Shown: in pieces, positions 46,593 to 59,600 of the stretch
Position numbering within the stretch: the first letter of the stretch is position 1
How the letters are laid out: each line of letters starts with the position of its first letter
Source: Phoronis australis
Taxonomy: Eukaryota > Animalia > Phoronida
Assembly (NCBI GenBank): GCA_002633005.1
Contig: NMRA01000014.1
Coordinates: 796,955-860,954, forward strand
Length of the DNA stretch: 64,000 bases
Direction of reading: 5' to 3'
Program-made: the position numbers and the translations under genes
The notes under the pieces: model-generated
The model's input: the letters and a program-made list of their open reading frames with translations, nothing else
The model's database searches: none
What the model was told of the DNA's origin: nothing

Positions 46593-47174
46593 ACAGGACG
46601 GAAAACAACTTCCAAATGTTATCTCCATAAACATCTGGTTCCTAACAGTGAGTTATTCAAAAGATAAGAAACTAGATAAATTAACTGCCCCATTAAACTG
46701 TACCGGCACAACAACAGTGGCAAAATCCCTAAATTTATTTGGCATAACTACTGTGCCCAAATTTGGAATATAGCTTAATCTCGATCATGTATGCGTGAAC
46801 TTGGAATGCACCACGTAACTTGGAAAAGTTCACTCAAATAATCACGTTCATGTTGATAAAAATTTGCACAGTGCTAAAGCAAATTGCATGTTTATAAAAC
46901 AATGTAAATTTTAACCCAAGTCTTTCAACTACTGTCGATCTTATTCACTACACAAAAATGATTCACCATTCACACATTCCTCCGATTCTGCGACACAAGT
47001 TCCAGTTACGGAGAAAATGGGTGACCATGACTCAGGCCAATAACCAAAAATTCTTAAAAATGAACAAAACATTTCACTTGACTTCATGAATATTCAATTC
47101 CAAGTTCACCCACAACATAACCAACCTCATGACTGTAACATTTTATACAAAAAGGTGACTACAAAGAAAGCAGG

Positions 47175-47180
47175 TTTATT
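47175..47180 (-). terminator. Candidate polyadenylation signal of the DLG5-like gene
   Basis: Minus-strand AATAAA followed by U-rich CTTTCTTTGT..CTTTTTGT; would imply a ~3.4-kb 3' UTR. Confidence 0.35.
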
Positions 47181-48267
47181 TGACTAAATGTCTAAAAACG
47201 ACCAAAATACAACCTGTTACATAGTGCACAAATAAGACCTATACCTGTGTACAATAGGCGCATTCAACAAGGCAAACAAGAGATAGCATTCACTTCATGT
47301 ACACAGGCACCAGCAGTGAACAATAAAATAGAAATCAGAGTTTTAAATCTGTCCAACAGTCATCATGTGTTGCCAGCTGAAGTTGTGATAGGGCGATAGG
47401 TTACCCAAATTGCAATGAAAATTGAATTCTGTAGAACACAGTTCTGCTACAAAGCCACAGCAACAATTCATTAACAGCAGGAGTAAGACTATGATCTGCC
47501 AAAATGCACCAGTGCAGTGTCATAGCTATCATAAAGACAAATACTACTGATAAGATTTTGAATCTAAGCAAGTCACCACTGAATGTCACATTGTCCAATG
47601 AATTTGCAGAGAGTGTCTCACTGCACAGGGCAGGTTGCTTCAGCTTCAGTCAAGTTACTAGTCTATGCAGGAAGTACACCAGGTACCAATAGTAATATAG
47701 ACATGAGGCATGTTGCTATCAACAAGACATTCAGAACACAACACCTGCAGATTCATACATTTGGAGAAAAGGTTTAACTGGCTACAACTATACAGAACCT
47801 TCATTTACATATGCCATTCAACGTCAATAGACAGGTACCCTCTGCCCGTGTTGATCAGGGTACATATAAAGTATACTAAGAAAAGAAAACCAGGTGATCC
47901 CATCAAAGCACCAGTCTTAGGTATGTATTTGATATACCACTAAAACTACATCACTCGCAACACAACCTGGGCAAACTTCCGGTAATGTCTGTGTCTCATA
48001 GATTACAATGTCAGTTTAGTCAGAGTTAGGGTTACATGGCTGAGGTGTAGCACTTGCAAGCCATAACTACACCAAAGCGAAGACACATGCAACACCTACA
48101 CTGTTGTCGAACAAATCAAAACTACTTGAATAAGGTGAAATAATCAGAAGAGAACAGAGAGGTTTTAATTTTGCTGCTGTAATAGTAATAACACATTGAT
48201 GACAGTAACATATGTATACCTTGTTGGACAGGCTCTACACATTATACGACAATGGTCGGATACAACA

Positions 48268-48336
48268 AGCCCATATTTTGAGAACCAGTTTTCTCCACTG
48301 TATAACAGGCATTAAACTGGTTCTCAAAATATGGGC
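48268..48336. repeat. Perfect inverted repeat of a short MITE; degenerate homologue at ~10300-10375
   Basis: GCCCATATTTTGAGAACCAGTTT ... AAACTGGTTCTCAAAATATGGGC. Confidence 0.75.
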
Positions 48337-48829
48337 ACGCTTTATCAGACTATTGCCCACTAGTCTATGTGTATGATGACAGCAGACAACCAGTTTATAG
48401 AAAAGGTCGTCATACACCACCTTGGTCACCTTAAGACTCATTTAAACCAAAGGGCTTTAAAGTCAAGGTGTAGTCATAGACGACTTAAAAAGTTTAAGGC
48501 CAGTTTATAGGAAAGACTAACGTCTTGTAGAATATATGGACAACTAAAATTTACTTCAATTACGTTCAAAGACAGGCAGGTAAAAATTTTAAGACCCATG
48601 CAGCACTCGAGCAGAAATCACAAATTTCAAAGTGAAATATAATCAAGGAAGGGGAGGTTAATCTTCACATAGAAGCAAATTTAATGAATTCCAGTCAATG
48701 TAGTTTCATCAAATGTAATCAGGAATGCCATATTAATACAAGAACAAAGAGTTTCATCACAAACCTAAACTAAAACAATGAATTTGAAATTATTATGGCC
48801 ATGCATGGAGCTTTAGGGTCAACTTGAAC

Positions 48830-49760
48830 GCAAATCAAGGTCATATAATTCCTGCCATAGATTCAACACCAAACGTGATCATCTAATGCCTTCCACAGCT
48901 TGAACACCAATCATGGTCACATAATGCCTTCCATAATTTGAACACCAATAATACGCCACGTTTACACGAGAGAGAGCTGACACGGCACAACTAACAAAGA
49001 ACAGCTGATCTAGTAAAAGTGTGTGTAAACATGACTGACGTGGAACAAATGACATCGCCACGGCCAGTTTTTACCAGTTTGATCAGTTGCTCTAGTTTCA
49101 ACTACATGTCTAAACACAACTGGGGCAGGGCACAGAGAGGGATCATCTTTCTAAGTGCTTGCGCATTAGTGTATCTTGGGGTTATCAGCTGGCATTCCAT
49201 GAGGTTTGGACATTCACTATTGTTTATACGAGCATGTGCAGACAGTCTTCATTTAAGTGACTTATGCTGATCCAGTTTTTGGTCAACGGTCGTGTAAATG
49301 CGACTAAAGTGGAGCAAGACACATCGTGACAACTGACACGGTGACAACTGTCTCTCATGTAAAAGCGGCTATGGTCATATAATGTGCTCGATAACTTGAA
49401 GGCCAAGCAAGGTCATCTAATGCCTGCCATAGCCTGAACGCCCAATCATGGTCATGTAACGCCTTCCAACGATTGAACACCAAATATGGTCATATAATGC
49501 CTTCTATTGCTTAAACACCAATCACGGACATATAGCACCCCTTAATTGCTTGAAGGATAAGCGAGGTAATATAATGCATAACATAGTCTGAAGGCCAAGC
49601 AAGGTCATATAAAGCCCTCTGAAGGCCAGCAAGGTCATACAAAGCCCTCGATAACCTGAAGGCCAAGCTAGGTCGTATAAAGCCCTCGATAACTTGAATG
49701 CCAAGTATGGTCACATATAGTCCTTGGTAGGCTGAAACTCCGGTAGAATCAAAGGTCAAG
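48830..49760. repeat. ~38-40-bp minisatellite (GGTCATATAATGCC....ATAGCTTGAA.ACCAA) interrupted by a MITE
   Basis: Tandem units lie on both sides of 48955-49369. Confidence 0.8.
48955..49369. mobile_element. MITE (TTTACACGAGA TIR family) inserted in a minisatellite
   Basis: GCCACGTTTACACGAGAGA ... TCTCTCATGTAAAAGCGGC; homologous, inverted, to 33184-33605. Confidence 0.72.
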
Positions 49761-50534
49761 AACGGTCATTCTAGGAGAGAGGAAAACAGCTGAACTTCCA
49801 CTTTCTATATAAAATCAGTTTTGAGGCAATGTCTGTCTTGGTGACAGTGATATATAGATAAAATGTGACATTCAAAGTAACGTAAATCAGCCAAGTACAG
49901 CCACTACAGTCAAATTTGGTATAAACAGGCCTTGAAACTGGGCTGGTGGAAGAAACACAGTTAAAGCAACTTCTATTTGCAATTCCCTGTGCATATGATC
50001 ATTACTTAACATGGTGTGATAAAAATTAGATTGAAATTACGAATGGCGATGCATAATTGGACGTTTTTCATTAAGACAACCTTAATGGAGCATGTCGAGA
50101 TATCAAAAGATTTGTTTCTTTTAAACGAGATTTGATAACAGTTTGGAATTGTCCAATTTGCAATGGTGTAATGAAAATTGGTTTCAGTTTTTACATGTGG
50201 CATGCACTAATAGAGGACACTTAACTACACATAATGTAAGATAAAGTGCAGACACATTCATGACAATTTTTAGACAAATGTAATAATTACACATCATTCC
50301 GTCTCTAAATAAAAACTTACTGCACATAGATAAGCAATTCAAAAAACCTTACTTCAAATCAATGCACAAACATAAACCAAGGCCTGAGTCACAAAACTCT
50401 GGTTACATCAGACCATACGTAAAATTGAATAAACTGTGTAAAATGAAACAAACACAGCAGTAAAATATTGACATAACTGTATAAAGACTAGATCCTCTCC
50501 TCTCCTTTCTCTGGCTCCCTCAAAAACAGTTCAA

Positions 50535-50638
50535 CTAAAGCGTGCCAGATGGGGCCCACACCATCTTCTTCTGTTCATTGTCAATGTTGGTCTTGATATG
50601 TCTACACATGAAGGCAAGGTTACCTCCATGGATGACAG
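50535..50638 (-). CDS. DLG5: DLG5-like terminal coding exon
   Basis: TTACAG| (A)VIHGGNLAFMCRHIKTNIDNEQKKMVWAPSGTL* (TAG). Confidence 0.92.
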
Positions 50639-53600
50639 CTGTAACAGAGGCAACAAACACAATGATAAGAACAGCAGTCGACGCGGGGTCAGGGCAGGTA
50701 TTAGATAAATGATCTGTATGATCTGTCACGTAGTAGCCAAAACAGAGGCCAGGGCAGGTATTTAATAAATGAGAAGTCACGTGGCAGTCAACCCAGGGGA
50801 CAGGGCAGGTATTATGAACAAAATCTGCACTTTCCATCTGGACATATCGCGCCAACATTTCCCAGGAAAAAAATAATTTTCTCAAGGTAAATTGAAAATG
50901 ATGCCAAGATCATCAAAATCGAATGGTGACTGGAGGTGTCCCACCTGCACCTCAGTCCAAAAGATGAACAAAATCTGCGACTTCCTTTTTGAGAAATCAT
51001 GGCAACAACATTGCGCTACATACCGATGGACAGTATTGAATGCTATGTCCCCGGCTTTACGTTAACATGCTAAAGACCATTCACACAGCAGTCAATCCCA
51101 GGTTAGAGCCTATACTTGCTAAATGAACAGTCTCCCAGCAATCACATGAAAAACTAAATGAAAATCATATCATGACCAACAACATGCTATTTCGTTTAAA
51201 CAAACCTAAGTATCCTCACACATCAACTTGTTCACAGGCAAAACACTACAAGATGTGCTTGACAAGAGTACTTGTCCTTCCTGAGAGCAGATGCTAGTGT
51301 ACTAAAGACTGTAAGATGAGGTTGACTAGCATAGCTTGGTTATCCTACCTGAGAACAGATGCCTGTATTCTGCTTCCACCTTCTGATATGTGTCAAACAA
51401 GTCCTTGGCATGTTTAGTACCAACCTTCTCCTTCATGAAGAAGGTATCCTTCACCTCCCTGCAACATATAACACCATAGACAATGAATTCTTCACCTCTC
51501 CACCTTACAACACCATCAACAATGTATCCAACTCTCTGTTACATATAACACAATCAAAAGTGTATCCAACTCTCTGTTACACACAACCCCATCAACAATG
51601 TAGCCACCTTTCCCCACCATACAACATGGTGAACAATGAATCTACCTCTCTTCCTCTAGAATGCCATCAACAATGTATCCTTAATAAGATGTTCCAATTG
51701 TTTTGTTAGTGGGCAACTCAATTCAAAGTACCCTATTTTCAGCCTTCATTTAGAAGGCAATACCACTGTCAGTAAAAATTTTTTTTCATTCAAAGACTAT
51801 TTAAACACTGCAGTGTAACCTTTTTCACATAATTTCTCAATGAAAGGTGGAAATATTAAGTTTTTTCAAAGTTCAAAAAAGAAAAAAGGAGTTTGAAGAA
51901 GATCTTCACATAACTGCTGTTAGTGTTCCAGAAATTCTCAAATATTTTAAAGCTGTATTTCACCCTGTATAGCTGCCTTAAAATGAAAATCAGCTTAGAC
52001 CTGTTACTCGGATAAAATCAGTCTCGTAATACTCCTTACTGTGATAGGATTCTATTTCAAAATGACCTATCGCCAGGATTTTGAGTGACGGCTGCACTGA
52101 CCAATCAGAATGTAGCATTCTTGACACACCTTTGTTTCCAAGCTGCCATTTTACCCAACAAACACGTTGTCAGGGTAAAACTATTTGTTAGGTGTCAGGT
52201 GACTTTTCGCAAGGGGGTGGCGTTTGCGATACGTCAGTTACAAACAAGAACACTGAAACCATCCAGTGACTCAAGAAAACATTTCATAGTTTACTGTGGT
52301 TGGATAACACTAAAATTTCAAATTCTAAAATGGCATATGTATGTATGGTCTGTGACTTGAGGAGGTAACAAAGTAAAATTCTACCAAGGTGAGGAATAAT
52401 GTGAAACAGTCCTAATTCAATTTTAATTTGTTTTTGGCCAGCTAAACATGGTGAAGTCCACTTTTGACAAACAGGGCTTGGAATGACCAATGACAAAAAA
52501 CGCGGAAACTTTGAAACTTTTACGGCCCAAATCATGCCCGATAAACAGTCTTAAAATGGTCCTTGAAATGGTCAATGTGAACCTTTCCCCGACAAAAATC
52601 GGGAGGACTTAAAAAAAAAAGAAAAAAAAAAAAAAAAAAAAAAACGTTACCACCATCAGTAGCATGCGTCTGCATCCTTTTAGCTCGCCCGTCCACTCCC
52701 AACCCACACATTTTTGCCTGCAGAGCTATAGTATTTGCCGCCACGCTTAACAATAACACGAGACGCCATTGAAAATCACACCACGCTGTCCCAGATGCCC
52801 CGGCAAAGTTGACAATTTACGTTCCTCCAAAACATAAAGAGCAACTTCCGCTGTTCGGGGTGAACGTCGTCTGCAACGCCGCGGTAAGAAAGGAATTTGC
52901 CGCGGAAATTTTATATCAAATCCGATTTTTTTACGCGGAAATATTATAGAAAAAGCGGAAAGCACATTTGAAAAAAGCGGATATCCGCGTTTCCGCAGAA
53001 AATTCCAAGCCCTGAACAAACCAAATTCAAACAAAGAATAATGAATAAAATTTCACTACTCACCGTATCTGTTTGGGTGACTTGTATTTTATAAAAAGCA
53101 CAATGGGGTGTATCTTGTGACTGTGTAGCCTATCGACTGCTGCGGGACTAGCCTGCAGCATGCAGTGTCTGTTGTTATCTATCACAGCTCGCACTGAGGC
53201 CAGACTGAGGCAGTCATACACATTCTCTCTTTCCTGGTAGTCTATAATCTGACCTTCACTCAGCTTCTTCTCAACTACAGCTAGCGACTCCTCAGTCAAA
53301 TCTGCAGAACAACCCGCCATGTAGATTATAGGCAGAATAGTTCACAGTATAGATTATTGACAAAATGGTTCACTATGCAATTTGAAGGCACAACACCAGA
53401 CTATTTGTGATGAGTCATTGCTGCATATTCAAGAGCAAATAAACTGCAAGGGTAAAAATGTGGTACACTAATATTTAAAATTATATTTTCGTCTTGCAAA
53501 TGACAGAAAAAAGCATAGAACAGAACCTCAATATTGCACTCTGTAATGGTTTCCCAGATATTAGTGAACAGCATAGTTCACCAGTCATAACCTCGGCATT

Positions 53601-56600
53601 GTGTTCTGACGTAGAGAGTCTATCTACGCATGTCGCATTTGGAAAAATAGGTCATTCAACCAGTATCACGCAACACTGTTGTTCCTGTCTCACTATGAAA
53701 CTAAATAAACATGGGCTCTCAAAATTGCAACTAAACTTTTGAAAAATGCAATTGTGGAGTACAATGGAAGTCTGTGGTTGACAATGGGCATGGCCTTGGT
53801 AGGTGTCATTTCCAACAACATGACTGTCTTGTGAAAACAGACCCAAGTCATTTGTAGATGCAATGTAACTGATTCAGACGCTGCATGGCATGCGCGACTC
53901 GAAAAATTTAATATTTTTCACCTTCGAAAATATACCTTTACCTTTATTGAGACAAACTGAAACAATAATTTTCAAATGATGCTTCAGGAATGTAATGAAT
54001 GTCTGTTTGCAACAAAGTTAGTGTTCAAATGCATGATATTTACTTTCTACAATAGTTTCTATGGAAGTAGGTCTGTGCTACTAGTTTTCAATCTTCAGGG
54101 ACCGAATTGAAGTCATTTTGTAGATGAATACTTCAACTTAACATTAAAATCTTCGGATTATAGACAACATGAACATTTAGTTTTTAAACCATATTTGAAC
54201 ATGACAGAATAGAAGTCCCTTCCATGTAAAGCATTCCTGGCATTATGTAACAGTGCACTGCATAACAATGACACTGTCAGGAAGAACTGACTGTTTGGAC
54301 CATCAATCTGAACTTTAAACCTTTGTTACATGCATTTAATTATTGTTTTACTACTTTACTGTATTATTTTACTGTTTTATATTTTGTTGAGGGCCCTCTT
54401 GGAAAGTAATGCTATCACTGAAGAGGTCACCCTCATTTTAAATATTACAATAAATAACTATTATGAAAGGTATCGAAAGGTGCACTTACCTGGCTCACAC
54501 AGCACATATTTATCAGGTGATTCTGATGAGATCTTTTTAATCAAAGCTTCCGACAATGGACCAATGATCAGAACTGGTCTGGACAACATTTCTGAAATTT
54601 ACAAAGCCAGCCAATGTATTCTAATAAAACTGACTCATCCTTAAACTTGATCCAAGTACTCACATCAACGAATAATGAACAGTTGAACAACAGCATGATT
54701 CTACAACAGCAAGGTTTCTAACTGAACAGACAAGAGTGTACACACTGCAGTGGAGGGTGGTAGTAATAAGAGATAATAAAAGCTCCCTTATAATGGCCAT
54801 CATTTGCAGAGCAGCACTAGGACAGAGACGATCATCCTTACCATGCAACTTGTCCACCTTGCAGTAAGTGGCCAGGGCTCCATCTAGAATGGCAAACAAA
54901 CAAGCATGCTCAACCATCAACTCAACTCAACCATGCGATGTTAACAGGTACACTCTTCATTCATTTGTCAACTTTTAATCAAATTATACCATGCACGAAT
55001 ATCTAGGAACATTAATGCTAAAATAATAAGTGAATCATTCTTCACAAACACCAAAACCAAGAGGAATGATGCAATAAATGATTGTCTACTGTACTTGTGC
55101 TACTAGGACACAGTTCAAATAAACAGAGCTAATGACATGTAAATGATACATGTAAAATGAAGACAGGAGAACAAAAAAATAAGAGCCCTTAACATGCAGT
55201 TGCAATGCCATGACAATACAGTATACCAGAGTAATAGCATACTTACCATCCAAGACCGGGATGCTATCACTGTTGATAGACATGTCGGAAAATGAAGTAA
55301 AGTCACGGCTATCCTTCGAGTTGTTCCTCTGGTGCTTTCTCCGGCGAAAGAAACTACTACGCCGCGAGGAAGTCAAGAGCCGTCTAGAGGAAGACTTGTT
55401 CAAGTCGTCATCTTGAAGTGTTTCCGAAATGCTGCGTCGGATGGTCACCGAGTCCTCTTCCAGTCTGAAGTGTCATAGCATCTTTGCAGTTTTTATATTA
55501 ACAAAATTAATACAGGTATCACTATCATTATCATTGTTACTACAAAGCATGGCACAAGACTATTTGGCATAAATACTCTACCTTAATACAACTAGACATA
55601 GAGTTGTGAGAGGGCATACTGATCAACTAACCCAAAATAGATAACAACCAATTCAGCACACAGCACGAATACGTAACCACTGCGTGATACGTGAAGAGGT
55701 CAAAGCGAGATAGTATAATCCCAACTGCCTCCCAGGGCACAGCCCAGGTCACATAATCATTAACAGGGGGCAGCACTGGTCACTTGACCATTAACGGGGG
55801 GCCTCATGTTTTAAGTTATGCATGGCAAAAATCAGTTCATCGGATAACAAAGTTTGACTAAACACATTTAAAGCCTTGTTTCAACAAGCACAGTTACGCC
55901 ACACCCACCACAGTTAACACTGCAAAGACTCACAAGCACAAATATGGTGGCAGTTCTATGCATACACATTTCAATAGGTTCTTCTCGATTGGTTACTTAT
56001 GACATTTGACTGGAACTATTATCACCACAGAGCCACCCAACCACAAAAGTCCAGGGAAAACATTAACAATAACATAAACCCAACAATATATCGGAGATTC
56101 CATTTCTTTGATGCATTCATACATTACTAAATCCATTCACAGCAAGTTATTTGCTAACTTTCATGAAAATCGTTCATGGATTGCAGAAGCAAAGGTGAAA
56201 AATAATTATGGCTGCTAGGACCACTGTACAACATGGATCCGTTTCAAAGTTTATGGGAATTGGCCAGTAGCATGCAGAGTTTTGGCAATGCCCGGAGCGA
56301 TTTTTATTGGGTGCCCCCTCTCTACTCAAACGCATTGACCCTAATACTAAGAAATGTAAAAAAGATGAAACACAAAATAGATTGAAATGCAGAAAGCTAA
56401 AACTATCACCAAGGGGTACAGCGCACAATAATTTCATCCTCGTATGAACATGTAGCCACGTGTTAAACTGTGTCTCACCTGGCTTTACTATGAACAGTAC
56501 CACTCTGCACTTTGTTGCCATCACCATCGAGTCTCCAGGCTCTCCACACACCCACCTTCCCTTCATATAATGTGTTGTCTACATACAGAATGTCATCTTT

Positions 56601-59600
56601 GTGAAAGCTCAGTTCTCCGTCTTCATCGCTGATGCGATCAAACATAGCACGGACATAGAATGAGTCTCCTGGCTGGTCAACAATCTTCTTGTATTCTGTA
56701 ATAATCACGAATGCTAAATGTTTCTGATCCAGAAGACCTGAACTCACTCTTTACAATACATTGTGCAAGAATGGATGTCAGACTGGTCAATACGATACTC
56801 AATATTAGATTGCACTGGGCAAGTATGTATGTCTGATGACTGCTCTACACAACACTTACAGCTTATAATGTACTGGGCGATTATGTATGTCAGAGTGCTC
56901 AATAAAATATTCACGTATTATATCGTACTGGGAAAATATGGATATCTGACTGGTCAGTACAATACTCACTGTTTATATTGTACTGGGCGAGTATGGATGT
57001 CTGACTAGTCTCAGCAGCCTTAGCAAGCTCAATAACTGCCTGTTCTGCTGTGGCTTCCCTTAGGTCAACACCGTTCATCTGAAGCAAGATTACAACATTC
57101 ATGGCACACAATACAGTATGTAGCATTGATATATTCAGAAAGCAATTACATAGCAGCTGATCACTGAAGACTGGTGATTCGTATCACCCCCTGGTTGTAG
57201 AAGTATTTCTTCTTTGCAGTGGGTGTCATAGGGGAACATTTTGACTTTGTGAGTAGAGTCCCCTTTACAAAGCATGTGATTAGACATAATCAATTACGGA
57301 TCCTTGTCATTTAGAGGTCACAAGTATCCAGTCCCACGTGATCAGTTGCCACGTTGTTACTTCATAGTCTCCCATTCAAGAACTGTGAAAGCCTAAGAAA
57401 CTCACGGGTGAGCGACGTCGAGACGAGAAACAGCAAACATTCTGTGTAATCAGGAGCAACGTGAAAAATCAGGCGAGCTTTTTGCAACTTATTTAGAAGT
57501 CAGACAATATGAATGCCAGGTTCACTTATTACTAACTAGACATGTGGTCATTAGTTGTCCGAGTTAAGCTACTGACCTCCAGTATGCGATCCCCGCAGCG
57601 CAGGCCATCAGAGCCACAAGCTGGACTGTCAGGTTGAACGCTATTCACAAATATACCAACAGCATTACCACCAACCAGGCTGATACCAAGGTTAGATGAG
57701 CTTCTGGTTAGGAATACAAAACGCGGCTTGTGCGGGTTTTGGTAGCTGAAACAATATCAAACACAATGTTTACATTTAACTAAATGAAACATTGCGATCT
57801 TCAAGATTGCAACATTATGGAAAATGCCAAATCACTACAGTAGAATACATTATTGTTTATCCATTAAGTAAATCATGAATTATACATGACAAAAGCGGTA
57901 CAAAACGAGCAACTGATTGTCTTCTGGATTACTGGAAGGGGAAATGTGCACTGATCTGATGTATCCGAGATCCTGATAAAATATCTCTAAACAACTTACA
58001 GAAACAAAACAGCATAACATCAAGTATTAATTTACATGCTAACTAAACCGCCCCAGATTGATCCAGAATAGCAAACAAATTACACTATTGATAATTCAAA
58101 TGTACAAGCTTGAAAGTGTTAAAAAGGATATTATTAGCATATCGATAGCCATGTCTAGATGGACTCCACTTGTTTGAAAACAAAACTGAATACTTAAATT
58201 TTTTGTTGAGTGCTTTCCTGGTTCATTTACAAAATACCCGGACATGTATGTATTGTGAACTGACAGTGTTCTGTTGTCCTCAACAACACAACCATTATAC
58301 AGTAAGTGATGCACTAGACTGTCAGAGACACATATAAAAATACTTATCCATCAAAGTAGTCACTAAGTGCCATGAGAAAACTGGGTCTAAAGTGTAACAT
58401 GAGAAAGCCAATAACCAAATCAACTTAAATGTAGAAAAACTAATTATACGTTGGCTATCAGAACAGTTAACAAAGCTTGGACTCACTTTGTCGACACAGG
58501 CTTGCGTGGAGAATTGGTAGGAGTTCCAGAGCCACTACTCAAAGTGTCCATATGAGAGGGGTCAGCAGACGAGTAACTCTGAGTGGACATCTCCACTGAT
58601 GGTGATGGGGTGGCCAGGCCACGGTACTCTACAAATAGAATCATATCTCATACCAAGACTCATGATAGTTCATAATGATTCTCGCATCATGACTGGCAAC
58701 AGACCAAAGTGAAGAAGGAAGCCATTATTGACACCACGTCTATGTGTATTGTAATTCTACTATACTGTCCTGCCAGATCGCACTTGCTGTAATAACTAAC
58801 ACATTAGGTTTCACTCAACCACCATCGTTGTTTCCTCCTAACCTTGTAGAGATATTTTAAATATGAACACAGCCCCAGAAATAGCTTTTGCATTATATCC
58901 AGGTTCTCATTAACTCCCTTGCACACATTCACAAGTAAGACCCGAGCTCAGAGGATAGGAGATACCCTTGTGCAATGCTCGAATATCAGCCAATGAAGCC
59001 AGGATTTGAACCCAGGTCTCTCAAGCGGGAGTCCGGAGGTCTAACCACTGAGCCACACTGTCGTCTCCTCTACATCATACTATACCGCACAGTTATAAGA
59101 CCAAGTACAACTAAATCATTGTTTTACCCAATCCTCCTCCCAGATCCAACTGTACCACATCAACTTACTGTTGGGGTTGTACTGTACCAGCATGGTGACA
59201 GTACCACCACACTGACGGAGGACAGAGGCAGCTGCTGTGTAGTCCGCAGCCCTCATGTTGATACCACACACCTAGACAGAGCAAGAGTAACGTTAACTAA
59301 CAACAATAGAGAGTAACAACTCGGTAAAGACAATAACTAGATGAGTAAAGACGATAACTAAACGACTAAACCGTCTCTCAATGCAGCCATTTAAAGTTGT
59401 TGACAAGTATATTTCCACCTAATCATATACGGTCACATTGCATTGTCCATTAGTGAGAGACCTAGACTGTAAATACTCTTTCTTTAAATCCGTGCTTTAA
59501 TTCGCATTCTGTACCAGTCATTGCTACTCACCTCAAGTAGCTGATCTCCTATCTGTAGACCATGGGCATCAGCCCAGCTGCCCTCCACCACAGAGGATAC

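Noticed and set aside
54389-54465. GAAA...CTGAAGAG hairpin as a possible hammerhead
   Set aside because: There is no room for stem I between the boxes. The GAGGG..CCCTC stem-loop followed by AATAAA and an AT-rich tail fits a LINE 3' end better.
58990-59066. Possible tRNA gene
   Set aside because: A and B boxes are present but the acceptor stem does not pair and there is no T-run terminator; treated as a SINE head.
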